This document shows positions 24,536 through 32,977 of a DNA stretch of 43,809 bases, piece after piece. Under the pieces are notes generated by a model. That model was not told the origin of the DNA, did not search any database, and saw nothing but the letters and a program-made list of their open reading frames with translations. Position numbers and translations under genes: made by a program. The DNA is from Klebsiella phage KP34, in the sequence record NC_013649.2; one strand, written 5' to 3'. Position 1 is the stretch's first letter; every line of letters starts with the position of its first letter.

Positions 24536-25378
24536 ATGGATAACGTAGAAAACGGTCAGAACGTAGAAACTACACAGGTAGAGAACCAAGGTGGCCCTAA
24601 GATTCCGGGCCTAGATGCTCCCCTTAACGCCCCGAACAATCAAGGCGTGCAGGATGCACAGACCCCTACCCAGCAGCAACAGGGCAAAGATTCCCCTGAC
24701 CCTGCTAAGATTCCTCTGGATATCGAAGCCCTAAAAGCGGCCCTGGATAAGGGTGGCGACAGCGCTAAGGAGCAGCCCCAGGAGCTGGCTAAGACAGGCA
24801 ACCCGACGATTGACGCCGGTGTAGCTATGTTGCAGAAAGTCTCTGGGTTAACTGACTCTGATATGGTGCGGGCACTTGGTAAGGCCCTGGAGTACCAGGA
24901 CCCTAACCTAATCGATACGGCCTTCATTAGGGAACGTTTCGGAGAGCACGCTGCTTATGCAGAGTTGCTGGCTAAAGCGTACCTGGAAGACCAGGTTGGT
25001 CAAGCCACCAAAGCAGTACAGGAAGCTTACGATATCGTGGGCGGTAAGGAGAACTGGGAGGTAGCAGCGCAGCTGTTTAATTCCAAGGCCCCTGAACCTC
25101 TTCGTAACGCGGCTCGTGTACTCGCTAACTCGGGTGAGCTCAAGCAGGCCGCTGAGTTGGTAGCGGGCTTCTGCCGGGATATGGGTCTTATCAAGACACA
25201 GAACCCAATGGTACGAGGCGTAGCCAGCAACAATGCACTGTCTGCTGCGGAATTCCGCGCAGAATATACCAAACTCCGTCAGGAAGCGGGCAACCGTAGC
25301 TTGGCGTCTCCACAGTTCAGTCAACGTTATAACGATTTGCTCGCACGCCGTGAAGCCGGTAAGCGCGTGGGTCTTTAA
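24536..25378 (+). CDS. Capsid assembly (scaffolding) protein, T7 gp9-like (280 aa)
   Basis: Acidic, Ala/Gln-rich, low-complexity protein between portal and capsid genes. Confidence 0.7.
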   Translation: MDNVENGQNVETTQVENQGGPKIPGLDAPLNAPNNQGVQDAQTPTQQQQGKDSPDPAKIPLDIEALKAALDKGGDSAKEQPQELAKTGNPTIDAGVAMLQKVSGLTDSDMVRALGKALEYQDPNLIDTAFIRERFGEHAAYAELLAKAYLEDQVGQATKAVQEAYDIVGGKENWEVAAQLFNSKAPEPLRNAARVLANSGELKQAAELVAGFCRDMGLIKTQNPMVRGVASNNALSAAEFRAEYTKLRQEAGNRSLASPQFSQRYNDLLARREAGKRVGL

Positions 25379-25403
25379 TCTCATTTAAAAGGAAAAGTAA
25401 GAT

Positions 25404-26423
25404 ATGGCAGATACTATCTATAAAAGCGCCCTGACCCGAGCCCACTGGGGCGGCGCGGCGTCTGACGTCGATATTCACCTGGAAGTCTACCAAAACGAGG
25501 TTGACACCCGCTTCCAGTACCAGGCTCTGTTCCTGGGTCTTTCCAGCCAGCGCTCTATCAGCGGTTCCAACACCTACCGTATTGACCGCCTGAACACCTC
25601 CTCGGTGAAGGGTCGTCGCTCTGGTGAGGCGCTGGATAGCACCCCGGTCCGTAACGATAAGATGATTATCGTGGTGGATACGGTGCTGTATATCCGTAAC
25701 CCGATTGACTATCAGGATGACTGGACAGGTCCGGACTTCCTGACTGAGATGGGTCAGAACAACGGCTCTGAGTTCGCGGAGACCTTCGACCAGGCGCACC
25801 TGATTCAGCTCATCAAGGGCCGCTCCTGGGTTGCTCCGGCGCACTTGAAGCCAGCGTTCAACGATGGTATCGAGGTAGGCGCAGCTATCCTGGTTCCAGG
25901 TGCTACCCCTTCCACGCAGCTGACCCAGGCTGAGATGGAGGCGAACGCCATGAACATCAACCTAGCCCACAAGGCTGGTATTGATGAACTCATCAAGCGC
26001 AAGGTGCCGCTCATGGATATGGTTACACTGGTGGATGTCGATACCTATTCGCGTCTGCTGGAGCATCCGAAGCTGTTCGACCGTGACTTCGGTGACAGCA
26101 ACATGGACGGTTATAAGCAGCGCCGCGCAGTGGTGATGAACGGTATCCCGGTTGTCGAGTGCACCGAGTTCCCGACCGTTGCTGGTACGCACCCGCTGGG
26201 CTCTGCTTACACCGTCACCTCTGACGATGCGCTGTGCCGTATGGTGACTTTCAGCAAGTCCAAGACCCTGGTGACTGTCGAAGCTAAGCCGTTCACCTCC
26301 CGTATCTGGGATGATGAGCGCGAGTTCAGCAACGTGCTGGACTGCTACGCGATGTACAACATCGGCCTGCGTCGTCCGGACACTGCTGCAGTGACCAAGT
26401 TCACCTTCACCACCAAGTCCTAA
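25404..26423 (+). CDS. Major capsid protein, T7 gp10-like (339 aa)
   Basis: Size, position, optimal codon usage, and a strong terminator downstream (T7 Tphi analogue). Confidence 0.9.
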   Translation: MADTIYKSALTRAHWGGAASDVDIHLEVYQNEVDTRFQYQALFLGLSSQRSISGSNTYRIDRLNTSSVKGRRSGEALDSTPVRNDKMIIVVDTVLYIRNPIDYQDDWTGPDFLTEMGQNNGSEFAETFDQAHLIQLIKGRSWVAPAHLKPAFNDGIEVGAAILVPGATPSTQLTQAEMEANAMNINLAHKAGIDELIKRKVPLMDMVTLVDVDTYSRLLEHPKLFDRDFGDSNMDGYKQRRAVVMNGIPVVECTEFPTVAGTHPLGSAYTVTSDDALCRMVTFSKSKTLVTVEAKPFTSRIWDDEREFSNVLDCYAMYNIGLRRPDTAAVTKFTFTTKS

Positions 26424-26434
26424 TTGGAGGTTCG

Positions 26435-26617
26435 ATGGCAGTGATTGCTACGTTCGGTCTGGAGACTCTCCAGGCCAATGCAGCTCAGCGGGAGGCGGTT
26501 AAGGCCGCCACCGATGTAGCGAAGAACATCCAGGTGGCTTCGGTTGAGTCTGGCCGCAAGGCTACCAAGAAAACCCGTAAGGCGGCTGACGTAGCCGCTG
26601 ATACTACGGAAGAGTAA
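26435..26617 (+). CDS. Hypothetical small protein (60 aa) between capsid gene and terminator
   Basis: Good SD GGAGG before ATG 26435; ends just before the terminator hairpin. Confidence 0.5.
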   Translation: MAVIATFGLETLQANAAQREAVKAATDVAKNIQVASVESGRKATKKTRKAADVAADTTEE

Positions 26618-26622
26618 TACGC

Positions 26623-26660
26623 GCCCCTGGTGCCTTCGGGTGCCAGGGGCTTTTTTTTTT
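26623..26660 (+). terminator. Strong rho-independent terminator (12-bp stem, UUCG loop, T10 tract)
   Basis: GCCCCTGGTGCC-ttcg-GGTGCCAGGGGC followed by tttttttttt, directly after the capsid operon. This is the position of T7 Tphi. Confidence 0.85.
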
Positions 26661-26705
26661 GTCCCTGTCTTAAGGGTCCAAGGGGTCTTTAATAGAGGAA
26701 CAAAT

Positions 26706-27266
26706 ATGAGAGAACTTGATGCAATTAACCTGACGCTGGAAGCCCTGGGGGAGTCTCGCGTTATGGATATCAACACTAGCAACCCCAGTGCAGGATTAGC
26801 TCGCTCTGCGCTTGCGCGCAATCGTCGCGGGCTGCTCAGCACAGGGTTCTGGTTTAACGTTGTAGAGCGTGAGGTCACTCCCACTGCTGACGGCTTTATT
26901 AAAGTGCCGTGGAACCAACTAGCCGTGTACGATGCTGGTTCTGACTCTAAGTACGGGGTACGGGACGGGAATCTGTATGACCTGATGGAGCAGAACCAAT
27001 ACTTCGACAGCCCCGTTAAGCTCAAGATAGTCCTTGACTTGGACTTTGAGGACCTACCGGAGCACGCAGCTATGTGGGTGGCTAACTACACCACTGCACA
27101 GGTGTACCTCAACGACCTGGGCGGCGATAGCAACTACGCTAATTACGCACAGGAAGCTGAGCGTTACAAGAGCATGGTGCTGCGTGAGCATCTGCGCAAC
27201 CAGAGGTTCAGCACCAGCAAGACCCGCTTTGCACGCAGAATCCGCCGCGCTCGTTTTATGGTTTAA
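26706..27266 (+). CDS. Tail tubular protein A, T7 gp11-like (186 aa)
   Basis: Position after the capsid terminator, size, and N-terminal ...INLTLEALGE pattern similar to T7 gp11. ATG 26706 with GAGGAA upstream (track start 26640 lies inside the terminator). Confidence 0.8.
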   Translation: MRELDAINLTLEALGESRVMDINTSNPSAGLARSALARNRRGLLSTGFWFNVVEREVTPTADGFIKVPWNQLAVYDAGSDSKYGVRDGNLYDLMEQNQYFDSPVKLKIVLDLDFEDLPEHAAMWVANYTTAQVYLNDLGGDSNYANYAQEAERYKSMVLREHLRNQRFSTSKTRFARRIRRARFMV

Positions 27267-27275
27267 GGAGAGGTT

Positions 27276-29636
27276 ATGGCGCAATCATTAGAAGGTACTA
27301 TTCAGAGCTTGCTGCAGGGCGTTTCCCAGCAGGTTCCGAGAGAGCGCCAACCAGGACAACTGGGGGCGCAGCTGAACATGCTCAGCGACCCGGTTTCAGG
27401 CATCCGCCGCAGGCCTCCCGGTGAGATTGTCTGGGAGAGTACGATTGATAATCCGGGGCTTGATTCCCTGTTCACTGAATACGTCGAGCGTGGGACTGAC
27501 GGCAGGCACCTGCTGATTAACACCAGCAATGGTAACTGGTGGCTGCTGGCTAAGAATGGAAAGACCATCCTTAATTCCGGCAACGACCCGTACTTTGTTA
27601 CCACCGTAGGCCAGACCTCTTTGCAGACCGCAAGTATTGCCGGACTGACTTATATCCTGAATACGGAGATGGCCCCGAACACAACCGTGGACAATACTGG
27701 GCGTATCGACCCTAGCACCACTGGGTTCTTCTACGTTAAATCTGCGGCATTCCAGAAACGTTGGAACGTCACTGTTACCTCTGCAGGGGTAGACTACTCA
27801 GGGGACTACACCGCCCCAGCTGCCGGCAGCACCAGCGGCAACGCTGAGGAGGTATCAGGTGCCTACGTTGCTCAGCAGCTGCGGGACTCTCTTGTAGCGA
27901 ACGGGCTGCCAGCTGGGAACGTAAGCGTACGTGGTGCGTACCTGTTCTTCTACGGGTTGAGCAACTGCGTGGTGTCCTCTGACGCTGGTGATACTTACGC
28001 TGGGGTATCCAACCAATCTCGTGTAGACCAAGAGCAGGACCTGCCTGCACAGCTCCCAGCGCAAGCTGACGGAGCAATGTGCCGTGTAGGTACAGCCTCG
28101 TCTGAGACGGCGTGGTATCAGTTCAGCTACAGCACACGCACCTGGTCCGAGGTAGGGGCGTACGGTAGCATCACCAAGATTACGAACATGCCCAGAGAGC
28201 TTGCTGCAGATGACAACATCATTGCCCGGGATTGGGAAGGGCGCCTAGCCGGTAACGACGACAATAATAGCGACCCAGGGTTCGTCGAGAACGGCTATAT
28301 TACTGGTATCGCAGCTTTCCAGGGCCGCCTGGTTCTGCTTAGTGGCAGCTCTGTGGATATGTCAGCCTCGGGCCTGTATCAGCGCTTCTACCGCTCTACT
28401 GTGACGTCACTGCTGGATACGGACCGTATCAGCATTAGCTCTGCGTCTGCACAGGATTCTGTGTATCGTACCGCTGTACAGTTCAACCGGGACCTGGTCC
28501 TGTTTGCTAACAGCATGCAGGCTGTTGTGCCCGGCTCTGTGGTGCTTACGCCTACCAACGCAAGCATTAGTATTACCAGCACCTACGATTGTGACAGCCG
28601 TGTTACCCCGGTAATGGCTGGTCAGACAGTAATCTACCCGAACAAGCGCAACGACAGCTACGCGGGTATATTGGAGCTAATCCCATCACCTTACACCGCG
28701 GCGCAGTACACTACGCAGGATGCCACGGTGCACCTACCTCGGTATATCCCAGGCAGGGTATTGCAGATGCAAAACTCCAGTGTCACCAATATGGCCTTCT
28801 CGCGCATGTCTGGAGAGCGTAATAGCCTGCTGGTCTACGAGTTCATGTGGGGCGGAAGTGACGGCGCTAAGATGCAGGCGGCGTGGCATAAGTGGTCGTT
28901 CCCGTATCCAATCCTGAGCGTACAGGCGCTGGAGGATGAGGTGTTCTTGTATATGCAAGGGCCCAGTCCCAGCAACAAGCTTTTGATTGTGTCTATGGAC
29001 CCGCGTGAAGGTTATCAGCTGGGCTCAGAGTACCGCGAAGCCTACTCGGATTTGCAGAAGCAAGTTCAAGTGCAGGGCGGGGTGTTCACTGTTCCGTCGG
29101 TATTGCGCCCGATTGGGTGGGCGGACAACTACAAGGAAGAGCTTATCCTAACGTACATGCCCAGCGACCCAATGGGGCCTACTGAGGTTGGCATCAAGGA
29201 GATTGCCGGGGAGAACACCCTACGGGTTGTGCGCGGCGTACCTGATGGCACTTATGTAATCGGGAGACGTTACCGTAGTACGTTCACGCTAACTACGCCT
29301 ATTCTACGGGACCAGAATGACAAGCTCGTGGGAAGTGGGCATGTGCGCCTGCTGCGCCTGGACGTGGCAGTACGTAACTCCGGGCACTTCGACGTACAGG
29401 TACTAGACACCCCGCGGGACGTCAATTGGGGTGGGGAGCTAACTGGTATCCTGATGAACTCAAAGGAGCTGACGCTAGAGCAGGCTCTGCGTATGGACTT
29501 GGCTACGATTACCGTGCCATGCCGTACTAACGCAGACACAACCGAGGTAACGCTGTTTACTGAGGGTTCTATGGAGCTGAACGTGCTGGATATCTCATAT
29601 ATCTTGCGCTACAACCAACGCAGACGGAGAATTTAA
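27276..29636 (+). CDS. Tail tubular protein B, T7 gp12-like (786 aa)
   Basis: Size and position; SD AAGGAGAGG. Confidence 0.9.
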   Translation: MAQSLEGTIQSLLQGVSQQVPRERQPGQLGAQLNMLSDPVSGIRRRPPGEIVWESTIDNPGLDSLFTEYVERGTDGRHLLINTSNGNWWLLAKNGKTILNSGNDPYFVTTVGQTSLQTASIAGLTYILNTEMAPNTTVDNTGRIDPSTTGFFYVKSAAFQKRWNVTVTSAGVDYSGDYTAPAAGSTSGNAEEVSGAYVAQQLRDSLVANGLPAGNVSVRGAYLFFYGLSNCVVSSDAGDTYAGVSNQSRVDQEQDLPAQLPAQADGAMCRVGTASSETAWYQFSYSTRTWSEVGAYGSITKITNMPRELAADDNIIARDWEGRLAGNDDNNSDPGFVENGYITGIAAFQGRLVLLSGSSVDMSASGLYQRFYRSTVTSLLDTDRISISSASAQDSVYRTAVQFNRDLVLFANSMQAVVPGSVVLTPTNASISITSTYDCDSRVTPVMAGQTVIYPNKRNDSYAGILELIPSPYTAAQYTTQDATVHLPRYIPGRVLQMQNSSVTNMAFSRMSGERNSLLVYEFMWGGSDGAKMQAAWHKWSFPYPILSVQALEDEVFLYMQGPSPSNKLLIVSMDPREGYQLGSEYREAYSDLQKQVQVQGGVFTVPSVLRPIGWADNYKEELILTYMPSDPMGPTEVGIKEIAGENTLRVVRGVPDGTYVIGRRYRSTFTLTTPILRDQNDKLVGSGHVRLLRLDVAVRNSGHFDVQVLDTPRDVNWGGELTGILMNSKELTLEQALRMDLATITVPCRTNADTTEVTLFTEGSMELNVLDISYILRYNQRRRRI

Positions 29637-29637
29637 T

Positions 29638-30225
29638 ATGTGGTGGATGGTTGCGGCCATGGCCGCTAAGACCGTTCTGGGGCATGGTGCTCAGGTCGAG
29701 GTGTCCAAGGCAAGAAACAAGGCTGTGATTCAACAGACAGCCAAACAACTAAATGACATCGCGCTACAGCGCGCACAGTCCAGGGACCGGACTGAGGTGT
29801 CCCTGTTTAACATTCAGCAGCAGAAGCTGCAGGCCCAGAGTCAGGTAGGTCTGCAGGCAGCAGCTTCCGGCACTATGGGGGCCTCTGTTAAAGACGCCGT
29901 AGCTACGGTTAACACTGTAGCCGGGCGGCAAGAGGCCAGCGTACGTGACCAGCAGGCAACTCAGGAAGAGGGTTTCCGTCTAATGACGGATAAGGCCGTG
30001 GACAGCGGCTTGGCTAACATGGATATGGAGGACCCGTACGATAACATGTTTAACTCACTGTTGAGTGTCGGGGCATCCGCTGTTGGGCAGTACGCCGGTA
30101 ACGCTGCGTCATCTTCTGACTCTGGCAGCTCTTCGCCTGGGAGCGGAGCGTCAGCTACGCAGAGCATGGCATCCTCCTATGACTTATGGGGGAGTAAGGG
30201 CAATAGCCCAGTTCACACCTGGTAA
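29638..30225 (+). CDS. Internal virion protein A (gp13/gp14-like), 195 aa
   Basis: Position between tail tube B and the large internal virion proteins. Gln/Ala/Ser-rich. Confidence 0.6.
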   Translation: MWWMVAAMAAKTVLGHGAQVEVSKARNKAVIQQTAKQLNDIALQRAQSRDRTEVSLFNIQQQKLQAQSQVGLQAAASGTMGASVKDAVATVNTVAGRQEASVRDQQATQEEGFRLMTDKAVDSGLANMDMEDPYDNMFNSLLSVGASAVGQYAGNAASSSDSGSSSPGSGASATQSMASSYDLWGSKGNSPVHTW

Positions 30226-30242
30226 ATTAGGAGGAATACTAA

Positions 30243-32927
30243 ATGCCTGTGATTCAACCCAGTAGACAGGGGCTAAATATCGGTGGCGTGCAACTGCAAT
30301 CCAACGATGTTAGCTTGCCGTCAACGGTAGGTGAAGTATCTGTTGATACCTCCAAAGCAAAACGCCTAGCCGCCCTGTCTGGATTCGTGCAGGACTTCGG
30401 CGTAGGTTTTGACGAGGCAGTAAAAGAAAACGCAGCAGCCGCCACCGTGCGCGGCGCTATGGATGCTCAGGGCGCAGTAGATGCAATGGCTTCTAAGGAC
30501 GAGGCTGTACAGAAGCAAAACATCTTCGTGCGCGAAGCCTACCAGGACGGCTACGTATCCGCCGCCGCGTACGACACTCTAGCCAAGTGGCGCACAGACA
30601 GCATCGCCCGGGCTAAGAAAGCTGCCGAGGCAGGACTTACTGACGAGGAATTCCAGCAGCAGGAGCAAGAGCACGTACAGTCAATGTCAGACAAGCTCGG
30701 GATGTATCTCCCGGATATGTCCAAGCAGTCTGCTACGAGCATACTGCAGCAGCTCCGTGCTACCAGTATGGCTAACTATACAGCCTTCCAGAAAGGACGC
30801 GCTGCGTTCGCCCTGGCCCAGGCTGACCGTGCCCTCGACCGTGGACTGAGTGCGTCCAGCGATGAGTTCTATCAGCGTCTGCAGGCGGGGCAGGGTGCCG
30901 CTGCGCAGATGTCTATCAAGACCGGATTAGACAGTATCCTGGCTGCTGAGCACTTGGACAAGAACAAGAAGCTGGACCGGGCCAAGCAGTATCTGGTCAG
31001 CGTAGCGCAGCAGACGCAGGACCCGCTGGTAATCGACCAGCTGCAAGAGCTCGCCACCAAGGAACTTGGTGTAAACTCCGTAGACGTTAACGCAGCGCTA
31101 TATCAGGAGTTCAAGCGCGCCGGTGCTCAGATTGAGACGCAAGCCCGTTTTGAAATCTCCGATGCAATCCAGTCTCTTGAGGGGCAGACCCCTGAGCAGC
31201 AAGAACAGACTATGCAGCGTATTCGTAGTCGTGTCATTGAGCTGTCGGCATCTGATGTACTTAGCGCCGGGACCAGCATGGAGTTCTGGAACAAAGCCCA
31301 GACCATTCGAGAGAAGGCAGCAGACGCCCAAGCATTGCGCACAGCAATTACTGGGAATATGCCAAGCTCTACTCTGGCGGGGATGTACAAGGGCGACCTG
31401 GGCAAGGCGCGCAATGAGTTGCTCAAGAGCTTTCCGGATACCCCGGAAGGGAACCTGCAGCTGCTGGCATACGGGAGCAACAGCAAGGATGCGTGGGCAG
31501 TCAACGAAGCGCACAAGCGTATGTCTTCGGATATGGCACGTACGCTTACTACGCTGGACCAGCTCGGCGAGGATGGCGAGGTTTCCCGCGAGAACGTCAA
31601 TAGCATCAACTTGTGGGCACAGGCTTATAGCACCAGTACGGACTTAGGGAAGATGGCGCTGCTGTCTGAGGTCCCATCTGAGTGGCGCGGCGTGGTTCAG
31701 TCGGCTATTGCTCAGAACCCAAGTAACGCCAGCAACACTATCTTGGACGACCTGCGCCGCCAGGCGCGCAACAAGGCTAGCGGCCGCTATACTGATATCC
31801 CAGAAAATCCGACGGATAAGATGGTAGACCCAAGCGGCACTGCTAACTGGTTTAGCTTCTTCGGAGATGCGGATGCCCAGCGACAAGAGGCACGGGCGGC
31901 GATGGTGGAGGAGTTCCGCTACCTTAAAACCAATAACCCAGAGTCCTTCGCTGGTAAGGATGCTGACGATATTAATAAGATGCTCAAAGGCAACATCCAA
32001 TCCCGTAAATTGGAGCTGGAGGTTGCTGGTGCACCTAGGCATGTGTACCTGCCACCAGGCACTTCCTTGCAGTCCCTTATGGGAGACTACAAAGGTGATT
32101 CGGAGCAGTTTACAGCATCGCTGCAGCAGCATATCCAGAATCAAGTTCAGTACCTGTCGGACCCCAGCAACATAGAGCGAGTGGTGATACAGGCAGCCAC
32201 GGCCGGTAACGCGGGTCAGAACATGTCCGTAATCGTCATTGACAAGAAGGGCAAATTCCAGGATATGTCTGTGAATCTTCGTGACGTTCAGGCTACTGCT
32301 CAGGCTGCGTATGATTCAGCGCTGGCTGGTGAGATGAAGATTGGCAGCGAACAAGTAGGCGTACGTCCCGCTACCTTCTATGACCATGACAACGGACGTG
32401 CTGTCAGCGTGCAAGTCAACGGCCGTAACTCGGTGGGGCTGGAACCCTCGCTGTTTAGTGACATCCTCGCTACCACTATGAAGTTCGAAGGGTTCCGAGA
32501 AGGCAAGGGCAAGGGTAGCGTAGGCTTCGGTCTGCACGTTAACTCAGGCATGCCTGTCCCGCAGAAAGTGACCATTGATGACGGCATCAGTATCCTCAAG
32601 TCCTCCCTGGAGAAGCAGTACGTCCCGAACGTGCAGAAGCAACTCAAGGGGCAGGGTTTGAATGCCTCCGACGAAGCGTTAAAGGTCATGGTGGACCTGA
32701 ACTATCACGGTGGTAACGGTAGCTCTGGCCCCGTAGCAGAGGCGATGGCACAGGTACGCAAGGCTGCTAAGGCCCCGGTGGGGGCGTATCAGTATCCTGT
32801 ATCTGAGGCCCAAGGCAGGGCTTGGCAAGCACTGCGGAATACCCCGGCGTACAAGCAGGCCCAACCTGAGCGTAAGAAGTACCTGGAACAAAACCTACGT
32901 GATTGGCTCTTCGAAGCAACGCACTAA
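30243..32927 (+). CDS. Internal virion (ejection) protein B with a C-terminal lysozyme-like peptidoglycan hydrolase domain (894 aa)
   Basis: Size and position. C-terminal segment KFEGFREGKGKGSVGFGLH... resembles the E-G-x-R start of lysozyme-like domains. phiKMV-type phages are known to carry a lysozyme domain at the C-terminus of the about 900-aa internal virion protein (from memory). Confidence 0.8.
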   Translation: MPVIQPSRQGLNIGGVQLQSNDVSLPSTVGEVSVDTSKAKRLAALSGFVQDFGVGFDEAVKENAAAATVRGAMDAQGAVDAMASKDEAVQKQNIFVREAYQDGYVSAAAYDTLAKWRTDSIARAKKAAEAGLTDEEFQQQEQEHVQSMSDKLGMYLPDMSKQSATSILQQLRATSMANYTAFQKGRAAFALAQADRALDRGLSASSDEFYQRLQAGQGAAAQMSIKTGLDSILAAEHLDKNKKLDRAKQYLVSVAQQTQDPLVIDQLQELATKELGVNSVDVNAALYQEFKRAGAQIETQARFEISDAIQSLEGQTPEQQEQTMQRIRSRVIELSASDVLSAGTSMEFWNKAQTIREKAADAQALRTAITGNMPSSTLAGMYKGDLGKARNELLKSFPDTPEGNLQLLAYGSNSKDAWAVNEAHKRMSSDMARTLTTLDQLGEDGEVSRENVNSINLWAQAYSTSTDLGKMALLSEVPSEWRGVVQSAIAQNPSNASNTILDDLRRQARNKASGRYTDIPENPTDKMVDPSGTANWFSFFGDADAQRQEARAAMVEEFRYLKTNNPESFAGKDADDINKMLKGNIQSRKLELEVAGAPRHVYLPPGTSLQSLMGDYKGDSEQFTASLQQHIQNQVQYLSDPSNIERVVIQAATAGNAGQNMSVIVIDKKGKFQDMSVNLRDVQATAQAAYDSALAGEMKIGSEQVGVRPATFYDHDNGRAVSVQVNGRNSVGLEPSLFSDILATTMKFEGFREGKGKGSVGFGLHVNSGMPVPQKVTIDDGISILKSSLEKQYVPNVQKQLKGQGLNASDEALKVMVDLNYHGGNGSSGPVAEAMAQVRKAAKAPVGAYQYPVSEAQGRAWQALRNTPAYKQAQPERKKYLEQNLRDWLFEATH

Positions 32928-32930
32928 CCA

Positions 32931-32948
32931 GAGGCCCTTCGGGGCCTC
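32931..32948 (+). terminator. Stable hairpin GAGGCCC-ttcg-GGGCCTC (UUCG tetraloop) after the 894-aa gene; partial terminator or RNA stabiliser
   Basis: Perfect 7-bp stem 3 nt after the stop codon. The downstream sequence is only moderately T-rich (CCCTTATCAAAATTCTTTT). Confidence 0.4.
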
Positions 32949-32977
32949 CCCTTATCAAAATTCTTTTAGGAGATATT

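Noticed and set aside
26390-26440. Programmed frameshift at the capsid gene 3' end (T7 10A/10B analogy) feeding into the 60-aa ORF
   Set aside because: No slippery heptanucleotide (X XXY YYZ) seen in the last codons of the capsid gene. The 60-aa ORF has its own strong SD and ATG, so independent initiation is the simpler reading.
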